Source: Octopus bimaculoides (Eukaryota). Taken from it: DNA of 42,832 bases. A program made the translations under genes and the position numbers. Every line of letters begins with the position of its first letter. Within the stretch, counting starts at the first letter, position 1. The stretch is taken from assembly GCF_001194135.2 (NCBI RefSeq), contig NC_068986.1:116253244-116296075 (forward strand). The letters run 5' to 3'. The notes beneath the pieces were generated by a model. The model did not search any database. It had not been told where the DNA came from and was given only the letters and a program-made list of their open reading frames with translations. Of this stretch, positions 9,811-22,386 are shown one piece after another.

Positions 9811-10365
9811 ACTGCAGCGACGCTAGTACCTCGTTGTACCATCCTCAAAGTCCTTTTTCCCTTTTCCCTGAGAACAATATCAGTTGTGTGGGGAGGGCAT
9901 ACTTCATTGACAACGGACAGTTTTCTTTGAAAACCAGCCGTCCCTGCGTATACAGGTGTTGGTGCATGGTCAGCTGAGACTGTCGAAAGGGATCTGAGTT
10001 GACCACCTCCACCACCACCACCACCACCACAATGGCAAAAACCAAAACATATCCATCAATTTTAGCGAAACACACTATCGCTAGCTTAAAGATTCTCTTG
10101 GCATATATCATCAATTAGTTTACCGATTCTGTTGACATATGACGTCATTAATTTATTAATTCTTGTGACACAAACTAGCACAAGTTTCCACATACAGACC
10201 ACTCAAATATTACAATTCTGATGATACGCTATCAGTAAACAACTGATACCAGACCTATCAATATTGGCAGACAAGTTCTGATGACTGCAATGGTTTATGT
10301 ATAATACAACAGTTTCATCATACCGTATTTAATTAATTCGTATTTGTAATCAACATCAACTAAAG

Positions 10366-10403
<38 letters not shown>

Positions 10404-11983
10404 CCATTCATATATCGTTCCTGTGTTATTTACAAAACAAGATAAATTTTCCATCAGTTATCAGTTAAATCATGCTCAAGCAATGCATGTTTCCCGATCA
10501 TCGAGGCTTAAAGCGATTCTAAGCGACAGACACGTCTATTTAATATTCACGTATTTATCTTTGATATTTTCTCTCCCAGATTATTTTATAAAGAGTGAAA
10601 ACCGAGAATGAGTTGCGGTAGACAGGACACAATGATTACTTTCTGAAACCTCAAATTCTCTCAGAGTTTGTGCAAAGGACGCGGGCAGAAAGAATAAAAC
10701 CGCTTCAGGCTGGAGTTTCTTTTCTCTTTTTGTTACAAAATACTCTACCTTGACACCAAACAGGTGGCAAAGTAGTATATAAACACTAAACTCCTTTCCG
10801 GCAGAGAAAAACATGTATACATATATATAAATGCGTGCATATAAATACGTGCACATTTCATTCACACACACACTCTCACACACACACACATACACACAAA
10901 AGCATACATATACATGAACACAGACGTAAATATATGCACATGTTTCTATGTATATATGCATATATACATGAACAAGTATAATTGTAGATGCACACCTGCA
11001 AATATATATACATATATATATATGTGTGTGTATATGTATATATATATATATATNNNNNNNNNNNNNNNNNNNNNNNNNNNNNNNNNNNNNNNNNNNNNNN
11101 NNNNNNNNNNNNNNNNNNNNNNNNNNNNNNNNNNNNNNNNNNNNNNNNNNNNNNNNNNNNNNNNNNNNNNNNNNNNNNNNNNNNNNNNNNNNNNNNNNNN
11201 NNNNNNNNNNNNNNNNNNNNNNNNNNNNNNNNNNNNNNNNNNNNNNNNNNNNNNNNNNNNNNNNNNNNNNNNNNNNNNNNNNNNNNNNNNNNNNNNNNNN
11301 NNNNNNNNNNNNNNNNNNNNNNNNNNNNNNNNNNNNNNNNNNNNNNNNNNNNNNNNNNNNNNNNNNNNNNNNNNNNNNNNNNNNNNNNNNNNNNNNNNNN
11401 NNNNNNNNNNNNNNNNNNNNNNNNNNNNNNNNNNNNNNNNNNNNNNNNNNNNNNNNNNNNNNNNNNNNNNNNNNNNNNNNNNNNNNNNNNNNNNNNNNNN
11501 NNNNNNNNNNNNNNNNNNNNNNNNNNNNNNNNNNNNNNNNNNNNNNNNNNNNNNNNNNNNNNNNNNNNNNNNNNNNNNNNNNNNNNNNNNNNNNNNNNNN
11601 NNNNNNNNNNNNNNNNNNNNNNNNNNNNNNNNNNNNNNNNNNNNNNNNNNNNNNNNNNNNNNNNNNNNNNNNNNNNNNNNNNNNNNNNNNNNNNNNNNNN
11701 NNNNNNNNNNNNNNNNNNNNNNNNNNNNNNNNNNNNNNNNNNNNNNNNNNNNNNNNNNNNNNNNNNNNNNNNNNNNNNNNNNNNNNNNNNNNNNNNNNNN
11801 NNNNNNNNNNNNNNNNNNNNNNNNNNNNNNNNNNNNNNNNNNNNNNNNNNNNNNNNNNNNNNNNNNNNNNNNNNNNNNNNNNNNNNNNNNNNNNNNNNNN
11901 NNNNNNNNNNNNNNNNNNNNNNNNNNNNNNNNNNNNNNNNNNNNNNNNNNNNNNNNNNNNNNNNNNNNNNNNNNNNNNNNNNN

Positions 11984-12032
<49 letters not shown>

Positions 12033-12299
12033 CGCACACATACACATGTTAGCTACGAGCAGGATTATTTTATTTGTTAGGCGATGTCTCACCAACGTTA
12101 TTTATCTCAGCGTTACCTAAACGAGCCCACGTGGCAGGAAACTCCGAGTAACAACCTAGTGAATCATCAGCTGTACCTCGAAGAAATATAAACAAATAAT
12201 TATGAATGTTAGCCCTACATAATCGGCTGAGTTGTAGTCTCACTTTATAACTTTACTGAATGACTTCCGAAATTTCACTGTGCATGTGGATTACTCAGA

Positions 12300-12384
12300 T
12301 TACATACATACATAAATACATACATACATACATACATACATACATACATACATACATACATACGCACACACATACATACATACA
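12300..12384. repeat. (TACA)n tetranucleotide microsatellite
   Basis: Directly visible. Confidence 0.95.
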
Positions 12385-12797
12385 CTGTATAACGAGATCC
12401 GTCGGAAGGATAACCCCAAGGACAAAGAAATAAGAACCCACAATATGGTAGAAACTATAGCCATTTGTAATAAAAAGGAGTACCAGTGAAAACCTCATTG
12501 AGATGTTAGCACAACAGACCTGATATGATTTGGGACAGAGAAGAGAAATTGTGTAGAGTTGTGGAAATCAGCTGCCCAGCGGATGTTAACATAAAGCTGA
12601 AGATACGCTGAACTTTGCAGTTACTCTATCCAGATTACAAGTTCAGGTTTGTACCTGTAATTAGTGGGGCCCTGGGATATGTAACACACAGCCTAAATAC
12701 TAATCTTGAGAAATTAGGCTTCTCAAAACCAAGAAGGAGAAAGCTGATTCGAAGCCTACAGATCCAATCCATCACTGGAACTGTAAAAATCTGTTAA
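12385..12797 (+). mobile_element. Decayed non-LTR retrotransposon, R4/Dong-like clade, restriction-like endonuclease region
   Basis: Translates to TLYNEIRRKDNP..., HNRPDMIWDREEKLCRVVEISCPADVNIKLK (from 12510; PD..E motif), then LQLLYPDYKFRFVPVISGALGYVT. Stops, frameshifts and an internal deletion are present. Confidence 0.8.
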
Positions 12798-13048
12798 AAC
12801 CAAGGTTGCGATTTAAGGACTCTGTCAAGTCCTCATTAAAGGTCTGTGATATGCAGGAGACCGACTGGGAGAGCAATGCCTGTCATCGCCGCAGATGGAG
12901 GAAGCAGGTTAAGGACGGGGTCGACACTTTTGAGAGAGCACGTATTCTGCATGAAGAACTTAAGCGTGCTGCTCGAAAGCGCACGGCTCGTATGGTGAAT
13001 GGGGAAAGCTTGGTCTGCAATGCTTGCAGTCGTGTACGCTTGTCAAGA
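12798..13048 (+). mobile_element. RTE-clade LINE ORF C-terminal fragment
   Basis: KPRLRFKDSVKSSLKVCDMQETDWESNACHRRRWRKQVKDGVDTFERAR...LVCNACSRVRLSR fits the RTE/BovB-like C-terminus (RYKD...WE...WR...CxxC). Confidence 0.85.
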
Positions 13049-13050
13049 GT

Positions 13051-13102
13051 GGAGGCGCAATGGCCCAGTGGTTAGGGCAGCGGACTCGCGGTCATAGGAT
13101 CG
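13051..13102 (+). mobile_element. tRNA-Arg-like SINE head (probably family B), truncated by a gap
   Basis: TGGCCCAGTGGTTAGGGCAGCGGACTCGCGGTCATAGGATCG aligns to the D-arm/anticodon region of metazoan tRNA-Arg. It interrupts the RTE Zn finger, so it is a SINE head and not a tRNA gene. Linking it to family B rests on recalled consensus. Confidence 0.7.
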
Positions 13103-13905
13103 NNNNNNNNNNNNNNNNNNNNNNNNNNNNNNNNNNNNNNNNNNNNNNNNNNNNNNNNNNNNNNNNNNNNNNNNNNNNNNNNNNNNNNNNNNNNNNNNNN
13201 NNNNNNNNNNNNNNNNNNNNNNNNNNNNNNNNNNNNNNNNNNNNNNNNNNNNNNNNNNNNNNNNNNNNNNNNNNNNNNNNNNNNNNNNNNNNNNNNNNNN
13301 NNNNNNNNNNNNNNNNNNNNNNNNNNNNNNNNNNNNNNNNNNNNNNNNNNNNNNNNNNNNNNNNNNNNNNNNNNNNNNNNNNNNNNNNNNNNNNNNNNNN
13401 NNNNNNNNNNNNNNNNNNNNNNNNNNNNNNNNNNNNNNNNNNNNNNNNNNNNNNNNNNNNNNNNNNNNNNNNNNNNNNNNNNNNNNNNNNNNNNNNNNNN
13501 NNNNNNNNNNNNNNNNNNNNNNNNNNNNNNNNNNNNNNNNNNNNNNNNNNNNNNNNNNNNNNNNNNNNNNNNNNNNNNNNNNNNNNTTGATATTTGCTTT
13601 CCGTTTTCAAGAGGTTAAGAGAGAAAATTGAGAGATGAAAATTATTTGATTTAACGTGGATTTAATGACAGAAGCACTCTTGTCTGCAATTAGAAAAGTT
13701 TCTATAGAGGAGCTGGACTCCCGGGTTTTAATAAGTTCGCTATAACGTTCTAGAAGGTTTTTATGAACCTTTTAAGCACGATAATTAAACTTTTTGTTTA
13801 CCCTCGCCTATCACCAACTGGTTTCAAAGAGGATTATTAGCTGGATATTACTACACATTATTAATCAGTGCTAATTATCTTCAGTCAATATTACTTTCTG
13901 TTATG

Positions 13906-14113
13906 GATACAAGGCCTAAAATCTTAGGAGAGGGGGGGGGCAGTCGATTACATCGCCCCCTCCCCTTAATGCTCAACTGGTACTTATTTTATTGATCCAG
14001 AAAGAACGAAAGACAAAGTTGATCCCAACGGAATTTGAACTCAGAATGTATAGACCAATAAAATACCGCCTAGCATTTTGTCCGGTGTGCTAACGATTTT
14101 GCTAGCTCACCAC
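13906..14113 (-). mobile_element. SINE family C
   Basis: On the - strand: gtggtgagctagcaaaatcgttagcac head, ctgagttcaaattcc B-box, core ctttgtctttcgttctttctggatcaataaaataagtaccagttgag. Confidence 0.8.
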
Positions 14114-14139
14114 TAATCTGTCAACATTACCAAATATGT

Positions 14140-14225
14140 AAAGCGGTTAACTGGCAGAATCGTTAGCACGACGATTTCTTATGATTGTACGCTCTGAGCT
14201 CGAACACGAGGAAGGCTACACGTTT
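14140..14225 (+). mobile_element. Partial family C SINE head
   Basis: ctggcagaatcgttagcacg...ctctgagctcgaac, opposite orientation to the adjacent copy. Confidence 0.55.
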
Positions 14226-14569
14226 GAAGGCTATAAAGATCATTCCCATACTTTCCTATCTCATTATCAAAATGAAATGATAGTAATAGTGACGTGTCGC
14301 TTTTGAGATAAAATGTAAAGACCACCATCCGAATTTGTCATAACATCGTCATCGCACGATTATGAAAGGTTTCCTGATCCATTGAAGGATTTCCTGATCC
14401 ATTTCACGTATGATGCATCCGGGTTCATGCTTTTTCTTTCTTTTTCTTTTTTTGAATTTTCGTATTAGTAAATCTTCCATAATTATTCTCCACATTATTT
14501 TTCTATATATTGTCTTCTTTCTTTCTTTCTTTCTTTCTTTGCATATTATGCACACATGCATATATAAAC

Positions 14570-14609
<40 letters not shown>

Positions 14610-15372
14610 NNNNNNNNNNNNNNNNNNNNNNNNNNNNNNNNNNNNNNNNNNNNNNNNNNNNNNNNNNNNNNNNNNNNNNNNNNNNNNNNNNNNNNNNNNN
14701 NNNNNNNNNNNNNNNNNNNNNNNNNNNNNNNNNNNNNNNNNNNNNNNNNNNNNNNNNNNNNNNNNNNNNNNNNNNNNNNNNNNNNNNNNNNNNNNNNNNN
14801 NNNNNNNNNNNNNNNNNNNNNNNNNNNNNNNNNNNNNNNNNNNNNNNNNNNNNNNNNNNNNNNNNNNNNNNNNNNNNNNNNNNNNNNNNNNNNNNNNNNN
14901 NNNNNNNNNNNNNNNNNNNNNNNNNNNNNNNNNNNNNNNNNNNNNNNNNNNNNNNNNNNNNNNNNNNNNNNNNNNNNNNNNNNNNNNNNNNNNNNNNNNN
15001 NNNNNNNNNNNNNNNNNNNNNNNNNNNNNNNNNNNNNNNNNNNNNNNNNNNNNNNNNNNNNNNNNNNNNNNNNNNNNNNNNNNNNNNNNNNNNNNNNNNN
15101 NNNNNNNNNNNNNNNNNNNNNNNNNNNNNNNNNNNNNNNNNNNNNNNNNNNNNNNNNNNNNNNNNNNNNNNNNNNNNNNNNNNNNNNNNNNNNNNNNNNN
15201 NNNNNNNNNNNNNNNNNNNNNNNNNNNNNNNNNNNNNNNNNNNNNNNNNNNNNNNNNNNNNNNNNNNNNNNNNNNNNNNNNNNNNNNNNNNNNNNNNNNN
15301 NNNNNNNNNNNNNNNNNNNNNNNNNNNNNNNNNNNNNNNNNNNNNNNNNNNNNNNNNNNNNNNNNNNNNNNN

Positions 15373-15421
<49 letters not shown>

Positions 15422-15689
15422 CACACACATATATTTTTCTATTTACCTTTTTTTAATTCTTCTATCCACCTCACCTACCTAGACATTCACTCCCCACCCC
15501 TATCTCACTATTCGCGCTCCCACACATTCACCTGTCCCACCCAGCCAAAAGTCTAGTGATTTTATTTTACTAATTTATTTATTTATTCACTTTGAAACAG
15601 CTGTCAGAATCAGTCTTCGCCTTTAAGAGTTTTGCATAGTTTTTAGGTTTTGTTGAAAATGTACATACATGTATAAAAATACATATGCA

Positions 15690-15758
15690 TGAATGTGTGT
15701 ATATGCACACAGACATAAAATATATGTGTGTGTTGGTGTGTGTATTCACACACACACA

Positions 15759-15797
<39 letters not shown>

Positions 15798-15799
15798 AC

Positions 15800-15834
<35 letters not shown>

Positions 15835-16339
15835 CATTAATGCATATATATAGGTATAAATATTCATATATGTGTACATATATACATATATATATGTATA
15901 TACATGCATATATGTATATGTATATATATATACATATATTTGTATATTTTGCATATATATATATATATATATATGTGCATCTGTANNNNNNNNNNNNNNN
16001 NNNNNNNNNNNNNNNNNNNNNNNNNNNNNNNNNNNNNNNNNNNNNNNNNNNNNNNNNNNNNNNNNNNNNNNNNNNNNNNNNNNNNNNNNNNNNNNNNNNN
16101 NNNNNNNNNNNNNNNNNNNNNNNNNNNNNNNNNNNNNNNNNNNNNNNNNNNNNNNNNNNNNNNNNNNNNNNNNNNNNNNNNNNNNNNNNNNNNNNNNNNN
16201 NNNNNNNNNNNNNNNNNNNNNNNNNNNNNNNNNNNNNNNNNNNNNNNNNNNNNNNNNNNNNNNNNNNNNNNNNNNNNNNNNNNNNNNNNNNNNNNNNNNN
16301 NNNNNNNNNNNNNNNNNNNNNNNNNNNNNNNNNNNNNNN

Positions 16340-16386
<47 letters not shown>

Positions 16387-16575
16387 GTATATATTTGTAT
16401 ATATGTATGTATATACGTGTGTGTGTGCGTGTGTAATGTTCATGTGTACATACACATACATATATATGTCGATACACATATATATTGCACACACACACGC
16501 ACACATACATACAAACACATACGTGTGTGTGTGTGTATACGTATGCATGGATGTGTGTATATACTACATATATAC
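15690..16575. repeat. Complex (CA)n/(TA)n/(TG)n microsatellite block containing a gap
   Basis: Directly visible; source of the YIYI/HTHT/CVCV ORFs. Confidence 0.95.
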
Positions 16576-17369
16576 ATATGTCGTATCCTCATTCCTTTAT
16601 TCTTGTACTGCGGTATTTTATTTTTCAGATTTTTTTTTATTTAGTATTGCTTTCTTTTTGTCTCTCTTTCCTTCCTTCTTACACCTGTTTCAGACATTCT
16701 AAGCAACGAGTGAAAATGTGGGACGACGGAACGGCTATAGCTTCATAGCGTACACGAAACGCATATCTATGCCCGCCATTTCAATATGGCTGTTTTCTCT
16801 CCGTTTCCTTTTTCTTCTCGTCTTTATTTTCTTTTCTATTATCTTCGTTCTTCGTATCTTTGTTGTATTTTGTGTAGTTTTCATTTCGTTATTTTTAGTT
16901 GCTTTTAAATACCGTTTTGTGTTTTATTTTAATTTGATTTCTTCTTTTCTCAGGCTGACGAATAGACAGATGGATAGACAGATGGCTGATAGGCAGCTAT
17001 GGCGATCGATTCATTGAAAGATAGACAGATAGATCTCTGACACACTGTACATGTATGTAGATATATTTGTGTGTATGTGTGTGTCTGTGTGCCTGCGTGT
17101 GTTGTATATGCGTACATGTATATACACAGATACACACACATGCACACACTCACACATATGTAGCTAGATAGATGTTTATAGGGAGATGCTGAGTGAGGGA
17201 ATTCTGGTAGATAACGATATAAATAATCAGACAAAAATAGATCGATACATACATGTATATACACACGTTAGTGTGTCGATGTATGTGTGTGTATGTGTGT
17301 GTGCGTGTGCGTGCGTGTGTGTGTGGTGTGGTGGTGGTGGTGGTGTGTGGTGGTGGTGTGTGTGTGTGG

Positions 17370-18245
17370 GTTCGTATCGTCTGTACTTCTTTAACTTCTC
17401 GACCTCAGAACTCTCGAGATTGCTATTTGCATTCTACTCCAACCCACCGAACTCTTATCCACCATCAGTAGTTTCTCACCTTCCATGAGTGGCCACTGCG
17501 TACTAAGATATGTTCTGACTGCCCTAACCTTTCTGAAAGTGATGCTCGGGCCCAAGTTTTATCCCGTTTAACCGAACGTACACCAGGCATAACGACTGCT
17601 TCATCGCAAACTGTTCATCTAGCTCCTCACATTTTTGTCAGTTCCTCGCACCTTCAATTTCTGTCAACTTTCTAGATATCTCCTCTCCAAAAAGGAAAAC
17701 CTCTCTCGTGTACAAGTCCACTAACCTCTACTTCAAACTCAACATCACGCCATTTACACCAAACTCGCCACCCCCTAGTCTCAATAACTCCTTCTCCGCT
17801 ACCCCTGAGCTACGAAACTAATTTGGATATCCAGTCTCGACATTTAGCCCCTCATTTCGCACGGAGTAGGGACCTTGCAGTGACGACTTCTATCTTCTTG
17901 CTTCATTTCCACCTTACCACTAACAACTTCCTCTTTCCATTCTCCTCCTCTACGTTACCTCTCTAGCGCACCATCGTACGACACTCCCGACTTCTCCAAT
18001 CGAAATCCACCGCTTTCCCTTTATTCCTGAACTTTCTTTTTGTCCTTCGCATGCACCCGTAATCTTCGTGACTTACTGATCAGCAAATATTTTCTCAGGT
18101 CCTTTCTCATTCATACGCTCGACCCAGAATCTTTCCTTTGATCCCACCCCCGCATCCACACCTACCCGTCAGTTCCGGACGCCATTACCTCAAAAGACTT
18201 TATTCCTCTTGCCACATCACAGACTTGTTCGTCTGTACCTTTACA
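17370..18245 (+). mobile_element. Highly decayed Penelope-like element (RT, thumb and start of GIY-YIG linker)
   Basis: Motif remnants in the correct order: VA(MG)TK(MG)..PNL ~17489; YTRHNDCFI (YxRYIDDCF-like) ~17579; SVNFLDIS ~17660; LVYKST ~17706; RHSRLLQSKST ~17978; RNLRDLLIS 18058. Many frameshifts. Confidence 0.7.
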
Positions 18246-19079
18246 GTTTTTAAATGCTGATTATGTCGTTCTTAGTATTTCGGTTACAACGCGAAGAAAA
18301 ACTTATATTCCGCCTACAAACATTACACAACTACACAGACTAAGCGACAAATTTGCTGTGCTATAGCAACATACATCTACACCCTCTCCCCCCACGCAAA
18401 GATGGTCCATAATTATAAGCTTTACACACCCCACCACATTTACATTGATTGTATGTACAAACCGTTTCTATCCACATCACTACATAGCAACGCATAGTAT
18501 ACAGATTCCATACACACCGACACGTGCATACACACACAGATATGCACACACAAAACATATACATACATGCACATATAACAGCTATACATACACATAAACA
18601 CGTTTTCCATTCACTACAAACACAGCACACATCGTTGCCGTTCTATGCGTTACACACTAACACAAACCACATAGGCCCACTACTCACACAAGACATATAA
18701 CATTCGCATTTAATCTCACACACGTAGCAATACTTATGCTGCAGCGTACGTCACACGTACATACACAAATATACACATATATACACATATATACACATAA
18801 GCATACCGCCTTAGATATTCACTCCCCACACACTGGCACACTACATGCACAGATGCATTGAACATGTTCTCAAGTGCATGTCGCCTCTCCCTCGTACTTG
18901 AATACAATATCTTTCGCTCAAGAATTACTCGCTCATTGTCTTGGCTATGAAACATAACACTGGTCTTCTGTCTTTGCTATTCGATCCTCAATATCCTTCT
19001 TTGAACAGAGTTGCAATAAACTCTTACGAAAAATTCTTCATCCATTCTCTTTTTATATTTTTAATTCCGATACATTTCT

Positions 19080-19162
<83 letters not shown>

Positions 19163-19524
19163 NNNNNNNNNNNNNNNNNNNNNNNNNNNNNNNNNNNNNN
19201 NNNNNNNNNNNNNNNNNNNNNNNNNNNNNNNNNNNNNNNNNNNNNNNNNNNNNNNNNNNNNNNNNNNNNNNNNNNNNNNNNNNNNNNNNNNNNNNNNNNN
19301 NNNNNNNNNNNNNNNNNNNNNNNNNNNNNNNNNNNNNNNNNNNNNNNNNNNNNNNNNNNNNNNNNNNNNNNNNNNNNNNNNNNNNNNNNNNNNNNNNNNN
19401 NNNNNNNNNNNNNNNNNNNNNNNNNNNNNNNNNNNNNNNNNNNNNNNNNNNNNNNNNNNNNNNNNNNNNNNNATTTGTATTTGTCCCCTCTATGTTGAGC
19501 CCTGTGTGGCTAATAAAGAAACAT

Positions 19525-19877
<353 letters not shown>

Positions 19878-20139
19878 CGGGTTCTGGAGCGGGGATTGTT
19901 TATATGCACGCTAGCACATGCGCGCACCTACGCACACATACACACGCAACTAGCTCAAATCGGATAACTGAGAAACAGAAATACGTCATCATGTGGCTAC
20001 GAGAAATTTGACCAATCAGGAATCTGCTTGCGTCATAGCGATGAATGAGTAAAAGGATTTGATAGAACTGCATCAGTATCGAAAGATGGTATGAAAGATT
20101 GTAGGGTGGCAAGTGGTTGGATGGTTCGGGATGTAGTTG

Positions 20140-20220
20140 TGATTGTTTAGCCCTAGGTCAACTGTGCCTGAGCAGACCTATGAGTAAAGCCATTCCGGCC
20201 ATGGCCAACGCATTCAGCAT
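20140..20220 (-). mobile_element. SINE 3' tail fragment
   Basis: gttgtgattgtttagccctaggtca...agcagacctatg...attccggccatggcca is homologous to 7055-7150 and to the reverse complement of 25975-26045. Confidence 0.6.
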
Positions 20221-20438
20221 TTGTTCCTCTATTTGAATAATAATTTCAGCCGCTCATTAACTACTTCCGTATTGATTTAGTCATTTCATTGCCATTACTT
20301 TAATTATTTTTCTAATTAGTAATTTTTGTGTTTTAATCCATTATATAACTACGTCTTAAACCATTACACCACTAGCTATCTGATTGAACAATGGTTGATA
20401 GATAATTTCATTACATATTTCTCAATTTCTATAGTTAT

Positions 20439-20877
20439 TTTGCCAGTTCTCGAGTGGTTTTATGGGGATCTTTCTCAATGACGGTCGTTAATTGACCGTC
20501 TTCGACGATGCTCACGATCTTCAAGGCTCAGGTCTCCACTACGAAATCGTTTAAACCATTTTCCAGCTGATCACTCACTGGTCATTTTCTCATCAAACGT
20601 TTCATTGATATCGCGAGCAGTTTCAGCTGCTTTACGTCCTTTTCTGAAGTTGAATAACAAAATTGTTCGGATATCGCGTTTTGATAGTTCCATTTCAGAT
20701 GAATGTAACAACGGTGAAAAATAAATGTCAATGTTAATTTATTGATGCATTTGGGAACTCTATGTCTATATTATGAGACAATTGCAAAAAAATGTTTAAA
20801 AAATTCAAACCTCTGCAAAAATCCTGTACAAATTCTTCAAATTTCAAAACGTTGCTTCCTTTTCACTCAACCTGATA
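20439..20877 (-). mobile_element. Hsmar1/cecropia-like mariner remnant: one TIR plus N-terminal transposase
   Basis: From ATG at 20693 on the - strand: MELSKRDIRTILLF/KGRKAAETARDINETFDEKMTSE*SAGKWFKRFRSGDLSLEDREH...VIEKDPHKTTRELAK. TIR TA+TCAGGTTGAGTGAAAAGGAAGCAACG at 20843-20877. Confidence 0.88.
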
Positions 20878-21938
20878 CACATTGGATAAATATGGTAGAA
20901 ATCTCCTGTAAGAAATTCTTCAGACAGCGAATCAAATAATACACACATACACACACACACGCACACACACATACGCACACATATATACATGTATATGTAT
21001 ACACACACACACACATATATGTACATATGTATGTGTGTGTATGTATGTAAGTATGTATGCATGTATGTATGTATGTATGCATGTATGTATGTATGCATGT
21101 ATGTATATATGTATATATGTATATCTACCTGACTATTTCAATACCTTATTTTACTATTTATATAGCTGTTTTATTGTTTTCCAATCTATTTCATTATATT
21201 TCAACATATGTCATTAGCTTTTTTTTTTATTTCACCAGGTATTTCTCTAACCTGCAACATACTTCCTTCCTTCCTCATTTCATTAGCTATTAACTTATTT
21301 ATGAGTTATTTCATTATTACACTTGTTCAATCGTTATTTTATGACACATTTTACTATTTCACTTACAATTCTCATATTTCGGGGCCTATTTCCCCAAACA
21401 CACATTTCATTTCCCCATTTCATCATTTCATTAGCCTATTTTCTCCCTATTTTATTAGCCCTTTCCTTATTGCAATTCTTAAATCACTCTTTCAATTTCC
21501 ATATATTTCAACGCCTCTTTTGCAATCTCACTTCATTTCACTATTTCACTCATCTGCTATCTTTCTCTCTCTCTCTCTCTCTCTCCCNNNNNNNNNNNNN
21601 NNNNNNNNNNNNNNNNNNNNNNNNNNNNNNNNNNNNNNNNNNNNNNNNNNNNNNNNNNNNNNNNNNNNNNNNNNNNNNNNNNNNNNNNNNNNNNNNNNNN
21701 NNNNNNNNNNNNNNNNNNNNNNNNNNNNNNNNNNNNNNNNNNNNNNNNNNNNNNNNNNNNNNNNNNNNNNNNNNNNNNNNNNNNNNNNNNNNNNNNNNNN
21801 NNNNNNNNNNNNNNNNNNNNNNNNNNNNNNNNNNNNNNNNNNNNNNNNNNNNNNNNNNNNNNNNNNNNNNNNNNNNNNNNNNNNNNNNNNNNNNNNNNNN
21901 NNNNNNNNNNNNNTATATATATATATATATATATATAT

Positions 21939-22000
<62 letters not shown>

Positions 22001-22251
22001 TAGATAGATAGCTAGATTGCTTTATATCGAGCGAATGAGAAAAACGTGACCAATATACGTAGAAGATATATTTTTTATTGAAATTGAAACGAGAAGTTTG
22101 CGTCATGATTTGAGTTTCAGTGGTAATAAAAAATTGTATGTGTGTGTGTGTGTGTGTGTGTGAGTATTCCGGTAATGAGATCAGATCTTTTTACCGCCGA
22201 TACTTCGAGTTTCGTCATATCGCTTTTCCATACGTTTGACGAGTAATCCAG

Positions 22252-22386
22252 GTTGATTTCCACAGAAATTAATCTACCAGGCAAGCTAGAAGTAACCGTG
22301 AACGCAGTTAGGAATTTCCTAGCCATCATCAGTATTTTCCATACATGCGCAAATACAACAGGCTTTTCAACTTACATAAAGTTAAG
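22252..22386 (+). CDS. Candidate internal exon of an unidentified gene (135 nt, phase 2-2)
   Basis: ...gtaatccag| acceptor and AAG|gtaagt donor; length divisible by 3; only one frame open (LISTEINLPGKLEVTVNAVRNFLAIISIFHTCANTTGFSTYIKL). No recognised homology. Confidence 0.3.

Noticed and set aside
12081-12191. Acceptor followed by MSHQRYLSQRYLNEPTW...
   Set aside because: Only 36 codons, no good donor, no homology; within chance expectation.
13051-13102. Possible tRNA gene
   Set aside because: The anticodon arm is degenerate, it is inserted in an RTE fragment and cut by a gap; it is better explained as a SINE head.
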